From Candidatus Tectimicrobiota bacterium (GTDB taxonomy: Bacteria; JACPUC01), in contig JACPUC010000009.1 of NCBI GenBank assembly GCA_016192455.1, positions 1 through 64,000 on the forward strand: 64,000 bases of DNA, given 5' to 3'. This document shows positions 27,072 to 38,096 of this stretch, one piece after another. The position numbers were made by a program, and so were the translations under genes. The notes beneath the pieces were generated by a model. It had not been told where the DNA came from and ran no database searches. It saw only the letters and a list, made by a program, of their open reading frames with translations. How positions within the stretch are numbered: position 1 is the first letter of the stretch; every line of letters begins with the position of its first letter.

Positions 27072-28103
27072 TCACACCGCCAGGCGGCGCAGTTTCTCAA
27101 CGCCCGCGCGCTCGCCCAGGACGACGAGGACCTGCCCGTCCCGGAGCTGCAACGTTGACGGTGGGTTGTAGGTGAAGTGCGGCTCGCCGGGATCGCGCAC
27201 GGCCAGCACCTGGAGGCCGGTCTTCGTGGGGATGTCCGCATCGTTGAGGCTCTGCCCAAGGAGGGACGAGGAGGCGGTGAGCTGCACCTCCTCGATGCGG
27301 TAGGTGCCGGTTGGTCGGCGCAACATCGTATCGAGGAAGGTCACCACCGCGGGGCGCACCATCTCGCTGGCCATGCGCAGGCCGGCAATCATGTAGGGAG
27401 AGACAGTGGCGTCGGCGCCGGCGCTGAGGAGCTTGCGCCGCGAGTGCGCGTCGACGCACTTCGCCACGATGCGCAGCTTCGGGTTCAGGCCGCGCGCCGT
27501 GATGGTGATGAAGAGGTTATCCTTATCCTCCGGCAGCGCGGCGACGAGCCCCGCGGCCCGCTGCACCCCCGCCTCCAGGAGCGCCTCGTCGTCGGTGGCG
27601 TCGCCAACGACAATGAGCGCCTCCGGCAGGGCCTCGCGCACGTGCTCGATGATGCCAGGATCGCGCTCGATGACCACGGTATCGTGGCCGGTCTGCAACA
27701 ACTCCTCGATGACCGCGCGCCCATTCTTGCCGCCGCCGCAAACGAGGTAGTGGCCGTGCAGCCGTTCGATCTCCTTGCGCATCTTGTTTCTCCACAGGAC
27801 GTTCGACAGCTCACCCTCGACGATGAAGGCGGTGGTTGAGCTGAGGACAACGAGGAGCACCCCGGCGCCGAAGAAGATGAGGAAGATCGTGAAGATGCGG
27901 GCGGGGACGTTCTTCTCTAGGCTGTGGACCTCTCCGTAGCCGACCGAGGAGAGGGTGATGACCGTCATGTAGGCGGCGTCGAGGAGCGTCCACGAGGCGC
28001 CGCCGATGAGCTTGTACCCCGCCGTCCCCACAATGAGAATGCAGAGGAGCATGATGAGGGCGTAGCGAATCTGCCGCGGCAGGTTGGTTGCTCGTTTAGG
28101 CAC
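27072..28103 (-). CDS. Potassium channel protein with RCK (TrkA-N/TrkA-C) domains
   Basis: SSVGYGE selectivity filter, two TM helices, [14 protein letters not shown]. Start uncertain. Confidence 0.9.
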   Translation of the reverse strand: MPKRATNLPRQIRYALIMLLCILIVGTAGYKLIGGASWTLLDAAYMTVITLSSVGYGEVHSLEKNVPARIFTIFLIFFGAGVLLVVLSSTTAFIVEGELSNVLWRNKMRKEIERLHGHYLVCGGGKNGRAVIEELLQTGHDTVVIERDPGIIEHVREALPEALIVVGDATDDEALLEAGVQRAAGLVAALPEDKDNLFITITARGLNPKLRIVAKCVDAHSRRKLLSAGADATVSPYMIAGLRMASEMVRPAVVTFLDTMLRRPTGTYRIEEVQLTASSSLLGQSLNDADIPTKTGLQVLAVRDPGEPHFTYNPPSTLQLRDGQVLVVLGERAGVEKLRRLAV

Positions 28104-28392
28104 GATGATGCTCGCACAGCCTGAGCTAGGTGGATGCCTGGCGCCGCGGCGGACACGGCGCGCCCCCCCCCACCCCGCTTCCCCGGCCCGGCGCCGGCGC
28201 GGGAGAACCAGCACTCCGTCCCCGGCGAAGCGGGACGCGGTTGCCCTTGCCCGCCCAGGTGCTAGAATAGCGCACCGGTGCTGGAGGGACCGATGCGAAC
28301 CACCCTGTCGCTCCAGCCGCTTACGCGCCGCCGCCGGTGTCGGAGAGACTCACGAGAGAACGGCTCTCAGCGCGCCACCCGAGGGATCGATC

Positions 28393-29703
28393 ATGCCCAA
28401 CCCAGAGCAGGCGCCGCGCGCCTGGGTGCACACCATCGGCCGGCAGGTGGGCGAGGAGGTCACCATGCACGGCTGGCTCTACAACAAGCGCTCCAGCGGC
28501 AAGGTTCAGTTCCTGCAACTGCGCGATGGAACCGGCATCGTGCAGTGCGTCGTCGTCAAGAACGAGGTGACGCCGGAGGTCTTCGCGCTCTGCGACTCGC
28601 TGCAACAGGAGAGCGCCATCTCGGTGACGGGCGAGGTGCGCGTGGACAGCCGCTCGCCCCTCGGCTACGAGCTTGGCGCGCGCAACGTCGTGCTGCACCA
28701 CGCCGCCGACGACTACCCCATCTCGCCGAAGGAGCACGGCGTCGCCTTCCTCATGGACCACCGCCACCTCTGGCTGCGCTCCAGCCGCCAGCACGCCATC
28801 CTGCGCATCCGCGCCGGGCTGGCGCGCGCCTGCCGCGACTTCTTTGACAGCCGCAACTTCACCCTGCTTGACGCCCCCATCTTCACCCCCGCGGCCTGCG
28901 AGGGCACCACGACGCTCTTCGAGACCGACTACTTCGGCGGCAAAGCCTTCCTGAGTCAGAGCGGCCAGCTCTACATGGAAGCCGGCGCCATGGCGTTCGG
29001 CAAAGTCTACTGCTTCGGGCCGACCTTCCGCGCCGAGAAGTCGAAGACGCGCCGGCACCTCACGGAATTCTGGATGATCGAGCCGGAGGTGGCGTACTTC
29101 GACCTCGAGGCCGACATGGACCTTGCCGAGGAGTTTGTTGTGGAGATCGCGCAGCGGATGCGGCGCGAGTTCGAGCCGGAGCTGACCCTCATCGGCCGCG
29201 ACCTCGCGGTGCTCGACCGGGTGCGGAAGCCCCTGCCGCGCATCCGCTACGACGAGGCGATCGAGCTGCTGCGCGCCAAGGGGTGCGCGGTGGCGTGGGG
29301 CGACGATTTCGGCGGCGACGAGGAGACCCTCATCTCGCAGGAGTTCGACCGCCCCGTCATCATCCATCGCTACCCCATCCACCGCAAGGCGTTCTACATG
29401 AAGCAGGACCCGGCTGATGCGCGCCTGGCCCTGTGCATGGACATGCTGGCCTCAGACGGCTACGGCGAGATCGTCGGCGGCGGCCAACGCGAGGATAACC
29501 TCGCGGCGCTGGAGCGGAAGATCGCCGCCCATGGCCTGCCGAAAGAGGCCTTCTCCTGGTACTTCGATCTGCGCCGCTACGGCTCCGTTCCCCATGCCGG
29601 CTTTGGCCTCGGCCTCGAGCGCACCTTGGCGTGGATTTGCGGCCTGCACCACGTCCGCGAAACGATCCCCTTCCCGCGCCTGATGGACCGTCTCTCCCCG
29701 TAA
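28393..29703 (+). CDS. asnS: Asparagine-tRNA ligase
   Basis: [53 protein letters not shown]. Confidence 0.96.
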   Translation: MPNPEQAPRAWVHTIGRQVGEEVTMHGWLYNKRSSGKVQFLQLRDGTGIVQCVVVKNEVTPEVFALCDSLQQESAISVTGEVRVDSRSPLGYELGARNVVLHHAADDYPISPKEHGVAFLMDHRHLWLRSSRQHAILRIRAGLARACRDFFDSRNFTLLDAPIFTPAACEGTTTLFETDYFGGKAFLSQSGQLYMEAGAMAFGKVYCFGPTFRAEKSKTRRHLTEFWMIEPEVAYFDLEADMDLAEEFVVEIAQRMRREFEPELTLIGRDLAVLDRVRKPLPRIRYDEAIELLRAKGCAVAWGDDFGGDEETLISQEFDRPVIIHRYPIHRKAFYMKQDPADARLALCMDMLASDGYGEIVGGGQREDNLAALERKIAAHGLPKEAFSWYFDLRRYGSVPHAGFGLGLERTLAWICGLHHVRETIPFPRLMDRLSP

Positions 29704-29899
29704 GCGGCCGCCACGGCGCGGCTGCCTCCTACCCCCCCCTCGCCGAGGCAAAGCGTCTGTCCACGCCGTGAACCAGCTTCAGTCCGGCTTGGCCTCCCCA
29801 GCCGCGGGCCCAGCTCCCGGGCGCAAGTTTGCCCCGGGTCGCGTGGCGAGGCGCGCGCCTTTCACAGGCGGCGAGAGAGGTTCCGCCGCAGCCGCCGGA

Positions 29900-31297
29900 T
29901 TACTGGGTGCTGGGAAGGGCGCCGGCCGGCCTATCCGCAAGGAGGAGCTGGGCGCTTAAGATGTCCTTCAGGATCACGATGTACTGGTAGGGTCTCATGT
30001 AGTTGATGTCGTCTCCCAGGAGGTTCTTCTCGAAGTTGTAGAGGTAGATTTGCTGCTCTTTCTCGAAAATCTCGCGTCCCAGCGGCGAGCTGCGCCCGTC
30101 GGGCAGGAGCTCATCGGCGTCGGCTGGCAGGGAGACGCCGATCTCGCGGTACTTCGCGGTGAGGTACGCCTGCACGATCACCCAGAGGTTCTCGTTGGGA
30201 CGCACGCGATGCACGAAGTAACGCCCGCGGTGATCAACTCCCGGCTCGGCCTCGTCGAGAATCTCCTTGATGGTGCGCGCCCGCCGCGCGGCGCCCTGGG
30301 CGCCGCTCTCCCGACGTTCCGCCAGGCCGGCTGGCGAACCTTCCCCCTGTGATCCCGCGCCCCCGGCCGGAGCAGCCATCTGCCGCGGATGCGCCAGAAC
30401 CGTCCCCTCCGCATCCACGACCTCGGAGAGCTCGCCGCGCCAGGGGAGATAGCGCGCCGTCGTGCCGGGCCGCACCGGAGGCGCCCCAGGGGCGAGCGCC
30501 CCCGGCCGCTGCGGAAGAGCCGAGACGCGGGGTTCAACCCCGCCCGCGCCGGGCGACGGCGATCGAGGAAGGGGTGGAGCAGCGCCGCCGGCCGCCGCTC
30601 TGGCCGCGGCTCCACCCGACTCCAGCTTCTCCGGCGGCACCACGGCGCGCCTCAGCAACGCCGCCGTCGCCGCGGGCCGGGGCGGAACCGGCGGCAGGGT
30701 GACGTTGGGGAGGGGCGCGCTCGCCGCCAGGGGAACCCGCGGCACGAGGCTCACCGGCTTCGGCGCGGGGGAGCGCGGCGCATCGCCGCGTGGCGACGGG
30801 GAGGTGGCCGCGCGGGGTGGGCTCGGAGGCTCCTCGGAGGCCGATCCTGGGGCGCCCGCCGCTGCCGCCGCCAGGCTCTCCCCAGACCCTTTCGCAGGTG
30901 GGGCGGTTTCTGGGCCGGCAATGATGATCGGGGTGTCGGCGGGAACGAGCCGATCGATGGGATCGAGGCGTGCCGCCCCCTCCGCTGCCGGGCCGGAGCC
31001 GGATGCCGGCGACTCCCCTGTCGGGTAGGGCCGCAGCACGATCGGGCCGCCTGACGAACCGGGCGCCTCGCTCAACGACGCGCCAGGGGCTCGCTCGCCG
31101 CAGGAGAGGCCGCCGCAACCCTCCAGGGTTGTCGCGTCGCCGGGGACTGCCTCCGGCGCTGCTTCCCCCGCGTGACGTTCGAAGCTCGGCCCCGTCCCCT
31201 TCGTGGCGCCGTCCTCGCCGCCGCCCCGGAACAGGATCGCGGCGGTGACCAGCGCTCCGGCGCCGACCAACGCGGCAACGAGCAGGAACTTCTTCAT
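29900..31297 (-). CDS. Hypothetical membrane-anchored Pro/Ala-rich protein with a globular, possibly LysM-like C-terminus
   Basis: MKKFLLVAALVG anchor, long low-complexity linker, VHRVRPNENLWVI...INYMRPYQYIVI. Confidence 0.65.
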   Translation of the reverse strand: MKKFLLVAALVGAGALVTAAILFRGGGEDGATKGTGPSFERHAGEAAPEAVPGDATTLEGCGGLSCGERAPGASLSEAPGSSGGPIVLRPYPTGESPASGSGPAAEGAARLDPIDRLVPADTPIIIAGPETAPPAKGSGESLAAAAAGAPGSASEEPPSPPRAATSPSPRGDAPRSPAPKPVSLVPRVPLAASAPLPNVTLPPVPPRPAATAALLRRAVVPPEKLESGGAAARAAAGGAAPPLPRSPSPGAGGVEPRVSALPQRPGALAPGAPPVRPGTTARYLPWRGELSEVVDAEGTVLAHPRQMAAPAGGAGSQGEGSPAGLAERRESGAQGAARRARTIKEILDEAEPGVDHRGRYFVHRVRPNENLWVIVQAYLTAKYREIGVSLPADADELLPDGRSSPLGREIFEKEQQIYLYNFEKNLLGDDINYMRPYQYIVILKDILSAQLLLADRPAGALPSTQ

Positions 31298-31464
31298 GGC
31301 GGACCCACCCTCCGCCCCCTCGCCCTTCCGGGTGGCTGAGCGGACATGCACCCAGGAGACGCGACAACTTCTGCTTGCAGCCTTGCACTGTTACTCTACA
31401 ATAAGGACGGGAGAACCCCAAGCAGAATTCACCGCAATGCACTGCGTCCTCTTCCACTCCTCCT

Positions 31465-32961
31465 ATGCAGAGCGCCTTCGGCTGCACAACCTCCGCCCCT
31501 TGCCCCTCCACCCTCCGCCGCGGCCGCGGCGCGTGGCCAACGCTGCTTGGTCTGTTGCTCGCCCTCCTCATCGCCACCCCGGCGTCCGGGGCCGCGCCGC
31601 TTGAGGAGTTCCAGGCCAACCTCCGAAGCTTCCTCAAGCAGCGCTGCCTGAAGGAGGCCGACGTCGGCTTGATGATCACCTCGCTGCAGCGCGGCGACGT
31701 GCTCTTCGAAGCCAACGCCGGGAAGCTGCTGATCCCCGCCTCGAACATCAAGATCCTGACCGCGGCGGCGGCCCTCGACCGCTTGCATAGCGACTACACC
31801 TTCAAGACCTGGCTGGCCACCGACGGCGTGAAGAACGGACGGGTGCTGCAGGGGAACCTCTACCTGGTCGGCGGCGGCGACCCGTCGCTGGTGCCGGAAC
31901 AGCTCTGGCTGCTGGCCCAGAAGGTGCGCACCCTCGGCATTGATATGATTACGGGCGGCCTCTACTACGACGACTCGTACTTCGACGACACGCCCTACGT
32001 TCGCGGCTGGGACGGCGCCAGCGCGGAGGCCTACCACGCGCCGATCAACGCCCTGTCGCTGAACTTCAACATCATCACCCTGCACGCCTATCCAGCGGAT
32101 CAGCCGCGGCGCCTGGCTCGGGTCATCCTGGAGCCGGAATCGCGCTACGTGGAGATTCTCAACTCCGTCACCACGGGGCCTGCCGGCGGCACGCCGAACA
32201 TCGTGGTGTCGAGCCGACGCAACGGCGACCAGGAGATCCTGGAGGTGAGCGGCAGCCTCCCCTTGGGCAGCCCATCCTACCAGCTCCGCAGGGCGATCAT
32301 CGACCCGGCCCGCTTTACCGCCGCGACGTTCCGCGAGTACCTGCTGCTGCAAGGCACGCGCATCTTCGGGGAGACCAGCCGCAGGACGCTGCCGAAGCAC
32401 GTCGCCGTCCTCGTCCGTCACGACTCGAAGCCGCTCTCCACCATCATCGCCGACCTCAACAAGTTCAGTAACAACTTCGTCGCCGAGCAGCTCCTCAAGA
32501 ACCTCGGGGCTGAGCAGTTCGGCCCCCCCGGCAGCACGGCGAAGGGGGTGCGCGCCGTCGCCGCGTTCCTGGCGCGGCTGGGCTTGGCGGAAACGGAGTT
32601 CAGGATCGCCGACGGCTCCGGCCTGTCCACCTTCAATCGCCTCTCCGCCCGCGTCCTGGTGCGCGTCCTGCGAACTATGTTCAACGATTTCGAGGTGCTG
32701 CCGGAGTTCATGGGCTCCCTGGGCATCGTGGGAGCCGATGGTCTCGTCCAGCGTCGCCTGCAGGGGACGGAGGCGGAGCGCAACCTGCGCGTCAAGACTG
32801 GCACGCTGGCGGGCGCTTCCAGTTTGTCGGGTTACGCGCGCGCCGCGAACAAGGAGCTGCTGGCTTTCGCCTACATCGTCAATGGGGGACCCTGCGGCCA
32901 CGCGCAGCTCCGCCAGCTCCAGAACCGTCTTAGCCTCATGCTCGTGAAGTTCAGCCGTTGA
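31465..32961 (+). CDS. dacB: D-Ala-D-Ala carboxypeptidase/endopeptidase (PBP4, S13)
   Basis: PASNIK (SxxK), GGGDP, SNNFVAE (SxN), DGSGLS, KTGTL. Start uncertain. Confidence 0.93.
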   Translation: MQSAFGCTTSAPCPSTLRRGRGAWPTLLGLLLALLIATPASGAAPLEEFQANLRSFLKQRCLKEADVGLMITSLQRGDVLFEANAGKLLIPASNIKILTAAAALDRLHSDYTFKTWLATDGVKNGRVLQGNLYLVGGGDPSLVPEQLWLLAQKVRTLGIDMITGGLYYDDSYFDDTPYVRGWDGASAEAYHAPINALSLNFNIITLHAYPADQPRRLARVILEPESRYVEILNSVTTGPAGGTPNIVVSSRRNGDQEILEVSGSLPLGSPSYQLRRAIIDPARFTAATFREYLLLQGTRIFGETSRRTLPKHVAVLVRHDSKPLSTIIADLNKFSNNFVAEQLLKNLGAEQFGPPGSTAKGVRAVAAFLARLGLAETEFRIADGSGLSTFNRLSARVLVRVLRTMFNDFEVLPEFMGSLGIVGADGLVQRRLQGTEAERNLRVKTGTLAGASSLSGYARAANKELLAFAYIVNGGPCGHAQLRQLQNRLSLMLVKFSR

Positions 32962-33325
32962 GGGCCAACGCGCCCGGCACCCCCGCGCCCAGGACCGCAG
33001 ACCGGGGGGAGCGGCGTGCGGGACCGCCAGCCGGTGCGGGCATTTGACCGCCTGGAGCGGAACCATTACCATACCGCCAGCCTCGGCGTGACCTGCTCGG
33101 CGCGGGGAGGGCACAAGGGGGAAGCTGGGGATTTGCTTGAAGGCAGCCCCGTGACCGTGCCGGCCCGCTCGAGTGCCGAGGGAGCGGGCCCGGGCGCTCG
33201 TCCCAGGCATGCTCCAGCGGAGAGGCCGGTGCCCTGCGAGGCGCGCGTCAAGGCACCCGCCGCGGGTGCGAGCCTCGCCTCGACGGATCGTCCCTGACCA
33301 TCGTGTGAACGAGAGGGAGAGGGGT

Positions 33326-34465
33326 ATGAAAAGCAGTCTCTGCGTGCGCGCTGGAACCGTGGTGCTGGTGGCGATGCTGCTCCTCATCGGGCGCGGCCAT
33401 CCCGCCGCCGCCCAGAACGAGATTCGCATCGGCTTGATCGGTCCCCTGACGGGCCTGCTGGCGGTGGCGGGGAGCGGCATGAAGCAGGGGGCGGAGCTGG
33501 CCGTCGAGGAGATCAACGCCGCCGGGGGCATCAACGGACGCAAGGTGGTGCTGTATCCCGAGGACGACCAGGCCAACCCCGCCGAGTCCGTGAGCGCGCT
33601 CAAGCGCCTCATTGAAGAGAAAGGGGTGCTCGCCGTGATCGGCCCCATCACGGCCACGGCGATGCTCGCCATGTCGAAGATCAACAAGGAGGCCGGCGTG
33701 GTGCTCCTGTCGCCGACCGCCTCGGCCCCCATCATCACGAAGCAGGGGAATCCCTACATGTTCCGCAATTGCCCCACCGCGCCGGTGCTCTCCGGCAACG
33801 TGGCGAAGTACGCGGTGCAGACCCTGGGGTTGAAGCGCTTCGCCATTGTGACCCAGAACGACGATTTCGGGCGCACGAATGGCGACGCTTTCGCCGCCGC
33901 GGCCAAGGAGCTTGGCGCCACGGTGGTGGCGAACGAGTCGCACCTGCCGGATGACAAGGATTTCAAGGGGCAGCTCATCAAGATCAAGGCGCAGCGTCCC
34001 GATGCGCTGTTCCTCACCGGTTTCTACGCCCCCGGCGCCCTGGTGGCCAAGCAGGCGCGGGAGATCGGCCTGAACGTGCAGCTTTTGGCCACGAATCCCA
34101 TGGCCGCCCCGCCCTACCGCACCATCGGCGGCAAGGCGGTGGAGGGGACGATCTTCAGCGCCTTCTACTTCCCCGGCGCCTTCACGAACAAGGAAGCGGC
34201 GGACTTCGTGACGAAGTGGAAGAAGCGCTTCGGGGCGGAGCCGAACGTCTACCACGGCCCGGCCTACGACGACATGCTGCTCATCGCCGAGGCCATCCGG
34301 CGCAAGGGAGCCACTCGCCAGGGCATCCGTGACGGCCTGGCCTCGATCAAGGACTTTCCCGGCGTCTCCGGCTATACCTCCTTCGACGAGTACGGCGACG
34401 TGATCAAGAAGATCATCATCCTCAAGGTGGAAGGGAACGAGGTCAAGCCGATCACGACGATGTAG
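33326..34465 (+). CDS. HAAT (Liv) ABC transporter substrate-binding protein
   Basis: Signal peptide, IGPLTG, AVEEINAAGGINGRK, FPGVSG. Confidence 0.9.
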   Translation: MKSSLCVRAGTVVLVAMLLLIGRGHPAAAQNEIRIGLIGPLTGLLAVAGSGMKQGAELAVEEINAAGGINGRKVVLYPEDDQANPAESVSALKRLIEEKGVLAVIGPITATAMLAMSKINKEAGVVLLSPTASAPIITKQGNPYMFRNCPTAPVLSGNVAKYAVQTLGLKRFAIVTQNDDFGRTNGDAFAAAAKELGATVVANESHLPDDKDFKGQLIKIKAQRPDALFLTGFYAPGALVAKQAREIGLNVQLLATNPMAAPPYRTIGGKAVEGTIFSAFYFPGAFTNKEAADFVTKWKKRFGAEPNVYHGPAYDDMLLIAEAIRRKGATRQGIRDGLASIKDFPGVSGYTSFDEYGDVIKKIIILKVEGNEVKPITTM

Positions 34466-34579
34466 CGGCGTCCCCATGTCGTGCGGCACGCGAGTGGGCC
34501 GGTTTGCCGCGGCGCGCCGGCCCGCCGTGGTCATGCCGCCGCCGAGCCGCGCGCACCCCCCGCACCGGCCACCTGCAGC

Positions 34580-36505
34580 ATGGAAGTTTTCTTCTTTCAA
34601 CTCCTCAGCGGGCTGGCGATCGGCTGCATCTACGGGCTCATCGCTCTCGGCTTCAGCATGATCTACCGGGCGATGAACCTCCTGAATTTCGCTCAGGGGG
34701 AGATCGTCACCATCGGCGGGTTAATCGGCTACACCTGCCTCGCCAGTTTGCGCCTTTCCTACAGCCTCACCTTCCTCGTCACCTTCGGCGTCTGCGCCCT
34801 GCTCGGCGTCGTCATGGAGCTCACCGCCTTCCGCCCCTTGCGCCGCCGCCAGGCGGGAAGCGCCAACCTCGTCATCGCGTCCATCGGGGTGGCGATCATC
34901 CTCAGCAACCTTGGCCTGCTCCTCTGGGGCGCGGAGCCCCTGGCCTATCCGCCGGTGCTGGGAAGCAGCGGCTTCCTGGTCGGCGCGTTTTACATCGATC
35001 TGAAGCTTCTCCTCGTGCTCTTCCTCGGTCTGGCGTTCATGGCGGCCCTGCAGCTCTTCCTGAAGCAGACCATGGTCGGCATCGCCATGCGCGCCGCGGC
35101 CCAGATTCCGCTCACCGCGCGTCTCCACGGCATCGCCCTGGATCGCATGATCATGCTGAACTTCGCCATCAGCGGCGTGCTCGGCGCCGCCGCCGGGCTG
35201 CTCTTCTCGCCGCTCTACTTCGCCAGCTCGGAGATGGGGAGCGTCGGCATCAAGGCGTTCGCCGCCGCCGTCTTCGGCGGTCTCGGCAACCTGCCGGGAG
35301 CGATCCTCGGCGGCTTGTTCCTGGGACTCATGGAGACCTTCGGCACCGTCTACGTCTCCTCGGGCTACAAGGACGCCCTTGCCTACGGGCTGATGATCGT
35401 CATCCTCCTCTTCTTTCCGTCCGGCTTGCTCGGTCGGCGGGGTCGGTCCAAGGAGCAAGGCGAGGGAGGGGCGGCGACGCTCCCGCAGGGGGGCGAAGTC
35501 GCCGGGGCGCTGCGCGGGGGCATTGCCGCCCTGGCGGTGCTGATTCTCCTCCTCCTGCCGCAGCTCACGGGGCGCACCTACTTCCTCCACATCACCAACC
35601 TCGCCATGATCTACGCCATTGTCGCCCTCGGCTTGCAGCTCATCTGCGGCTTTGCCGGGCTGGTCTCCCTGGGGCAGGCGGCCTTCCTCGGCGCCGGCGC
35701 CTACACCTCCGCCCTGGTCAGCCTGCACCTCACCTCCTCCTACCCGTTGGCCTTCCTCGCCGCCATGCTCTGCTCCGGCCTCCTGGGCGCCGTCATGAGC
35801 TTCACCGCCCGGCTGCGCGGCCACTACTTCGCCGTCGCCACCCTGGCGTTCGGCATCATCCTGCAGATCGTCTTCCGCAACTGGATGAGCCTGACGCGCG
35901 GTCCCATGGGCCTGCCCAACGTGCCCCACCCGCGTCTCTTCGGCATGGAGGTGCGCAGCGAGGCGGGGTTCTTCTACCTCATCCTCGCCGTGCTCCTCGC
36001 CACCTACATCGCCTTCGAGCTCCTCGTGCACTCGCGTTTCGGCCGCACCCTGCGGGCCATCAACGAGAACCCCCTCGCCGCCGAGGTGATGGGCGTCCAC
36101 CTGATGCGCTACAAGTGCAAGGTGATCATCGCCGGCTCGCTGGCCGCCGGCGCCGCGGGCAGCCTCTTCGGCCACTTCCACAACTACGTCAGCCCCGAGC
36201 CGTTCTCGTTCTGGCAGTCGGTGCTGTTGCTGACGATGATCGTCGTGGGCGGGCTGGGGAGCCTCCCCGGCGCCATCGCCGGCTCCTTCATCGTCGTCTA
36301 CCTCTCCGAGTTCCTGCGCGAGCTCTACGCGCTGCGCATGATCCTCTACGGCGTGGCGCTGGTGCTCCTGATGATCTACCTCCCCGGCGGCGTCTCCGGC
36401 CTGGCGAGCCGCCTGCCGCGCCTGCTCAACCCGGCAGGGCGGCGGCAGGCCCAAACGGAAGGGGCGAGGGCCGCCACGGCCAAGGCGATGATTGAACCAT
36501 CATGA
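34580..36505 (+). CDS. Fused LivH-LivM ABC permease
   Basis: First half LNFAQGE...FGGLGNLPGA; second half SLGQAAFLG, LRGHYFAVATL, LTRGPMG, GGLGSLPGA; one continuous ORF. Confidence 0.9.
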   Translation: MEVFFFQLLSGLAIGCIYGLIALGFSMIYRAMNLLNFAQGEIVTIGGLIGYTCLASLRLSYSLTFLVTFGVCALLGVVMELTAFRPLRRRQAGSANLVIASIGVAIILSNLGLLLWGAEPLAYPPVLGSSGFLVGAFYIDLKLLLVLFLGLAFMAALQLFLKQTMVGIAMRAAAQIPLTARLHGIALDRMIMLNFAISGVLGAAAGLLFSPLYFASSEMGSVGIKAFAAAVFGGLGNLPGAILGGLFLGLMETFGTVYVSSGYKDALAYGLMIVILLFFPSGLLGRRGRSKEQGEGGAATLPQGGEVAGALRGGIAALAVLILLLLPQLTGRTYFLHITNLAMIYAIVALGLQLICGFAGLVSLGQAAFLGAGAYTSALVSLHLTSSYPLAFLAAMLCSGLLGAVMSFTARLRGHYFAVATLAFGIILQIVFRNWMSLTRGPMGLPNVPHPRLFGMEVRSEAGFFYLILAVLLATYIAFELLVHSRFGRTLRAINENPLAAEVMGVHLMRYKCKVIIAGSLAAGAAGSLFGHFHNYVSPEPFSFWQSVLLLTMIVVGGLGSLPGAIAGSFIVVYLSEFLRELYALRMILYGVALVLLMIYLPGGVSGLASRLPRLLNPAGRRQAQTEGARAATAKAMIEPS

Positions 36506-37335
36506 CGGCACGTGCAGGCGACGCAAACCCCACCCCGGCGGGGCGCGGCATCCTCCTGGCGGTGGAGGGGATCAGCAAGCGCTTCGGCGGCGTCACCGCC
36601 ATCGGCGACCTCTCCTTGCAGGTGCGGGAGGGCGCCATCCACGGCCTCATCGGCCCCAACGGCGCCGGCAAGACGACGCTCTTCAACGTCCTGAGCAGCC
36701 TCGAGCGCCCCGACGCCGGCCGCATCCTCTTTCGCGGCCGCGTCATCACCGGCCTGCCGGCGCACCGCCTGGCAAGCCTCGGCATCATGCGCACCTTTCA
36801 GAACCTGCAGCTCTTTCGGGGCCTGACCGTGCTGGAGAATGTCCTCCTCGGCGGCCACGCCCATCTGCGCAGCGATATGCTCGAGGCCCTCCTGCGCCTG
36901 CCGTCGGCCGCCGCGGAGGAGCGGCGGGCCGCCGAGCGCGCCGAGGAGATCCTCGCCTTCATGGAGCTCGACCACCTCAGCCGGGCCGTCGCCGGCAGCC
37001 TGCCGTACGGCCACCAGCGGCTCCTGGAGATCGCCCGGGCGCTGGCCGGCGCACCGCGCCTGCTGCTCCTCGACGAGCCCGCGGCCGGCATGAACCCAGC
37101 CGAGAAGCGCACCCTCATCACCCTCCTGCGCCGCATCCACGCCCGCGGCACGACGCTGCTCATCGTCGAGCACAACATGCGGCTGGTGATGGAGCTGAGC
37201 ACCCACATCACCGTGCTCAATTTCGGCCGGAAGCTCTGCGACGGCCCGCCCGAGGTGGTGCGCAACGATCCGGCCGTCATCGCGGCCTACCTGGGGACCA
37301 AGGGGGAGCAGGCCAGGGGGGCCCCCCATGCTTGA
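36502..37335 (+). CDS. livG: LivG-like ABC ATP-binding protein
   Basis: GPNGAGKTT, RTFQN, LPYGHQR, LLLLDEPAAG. Confidence 0.9.
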   Translation: MTARAGDANPTPAGRGILLAVEGISKRFGGVTAIGDLSLQVREGAIHGLIGPNGAGKTTLFNVLSSLERPDAGRILFRGRVITGLPAHRLASLGIMRTFQNLQLFRGLTVLENVLLGGHAHLRSDMLEALLRLPSAAAEERRAAERAEEILAFMELDHLSRAVAGSLPYGHQRLLEIARALAGAPRLLLLDEPAAGMNPAEKRTLITLLRRIHARGTTLLIVEHNMRLVMELSTHITVLNFGRKLCDGPPEVVRNDPAVIAAYLGTKGEQARGAPHA

Positions 37336-38032
37336 GCTGCGCGACGTCCACGTGCGCTACGGGCACATCGCGGCCTTGCAGGGCATCGACCTCGAGGTGC
37401 GGCGCGGCGAGATCGTGGCGCTCATCGGCGCCAACGGCGCCGGCAAGACGACGACGCTCATGGCGATCTCCGGGGTGCGGCCCCTCAGCCGCGGCAGCAT
37501 CACCTTCGACGGCCTCGAGCTGCGCCGCCGCCCGCCGGAAGCCATGATGGGGCTGGGGATCGGCCACATCCCCGAAGGCCGCAGCATCTTCCCCGAGCTG
37601 AGCGTGCGGGAGAACCTCCTCGTCGGCGCGCGCGGCCTGCGCGGCCGCCACCTGCGTCGGCAGCGCCTGGCGGCGATGTACACCCTTTTTCCGCGCCTCG
37701 AAGAGCGCAAGCAGCAGGCGGGCGGCACCCTCAGCGGCGGCGAGCAGCAGATGCTCGCCATCGCCCGCGCCTTGATCGCCTCGCCTCGCCTCCTCCTCAT
37801 GGACGAACCCTCCATGGGCCTGTCGCCCGTCCTCGTCGAGGAGGTGGCCGACCTCATCGCGCGCATCAACGGCGACGGCGTGACCATCCTCCTCGTCGAG
37901 CAGAACGCCAACGTCGCCCTGTCCATCGCGCACCGCGTCTACCTCCTGGAGACGGGACGGGTGGTGCTCAGCGGCGCCCCAGCCGAGCTGCGCGACCTCG
38001 CCAAGGTAAAGGACGCGTACTTGGGTGGGTGA
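37328..38032 (+). CDS. livF: LivF-like ABC ATP-binding protein
   Basis: GANGAGKTT, LSGGEQQML, LMDEPSMGL, VEQN. Confidence 0.92.
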   Translation: MLELRDVHVRYGHIAALQGIDLEVRRGEIVALIGANGAGKTTTLMAISGVRPLSRGSITFDGLELRRRPPEAMMGLGIGHIPEGRSIFPELSVRENLLVGARGLRGRHLRRQRLAAMYTLFPRLEERKQQAGGTLSGGEQQMLAIARALIASPRLLLMDEPSMGLSPVLVEEVADLIARINGDGVTILLVEQNANVALSIAHRVYLLETGRVVLSGAPAELRDLAKVKDAYLGG

Positions 38033-38096
38033 GGGGCGAGGCGGGCGAGCGGCGCGTGGGCAAATCGTCTAGAACGGAGAATGGGAACCTGCAGCC

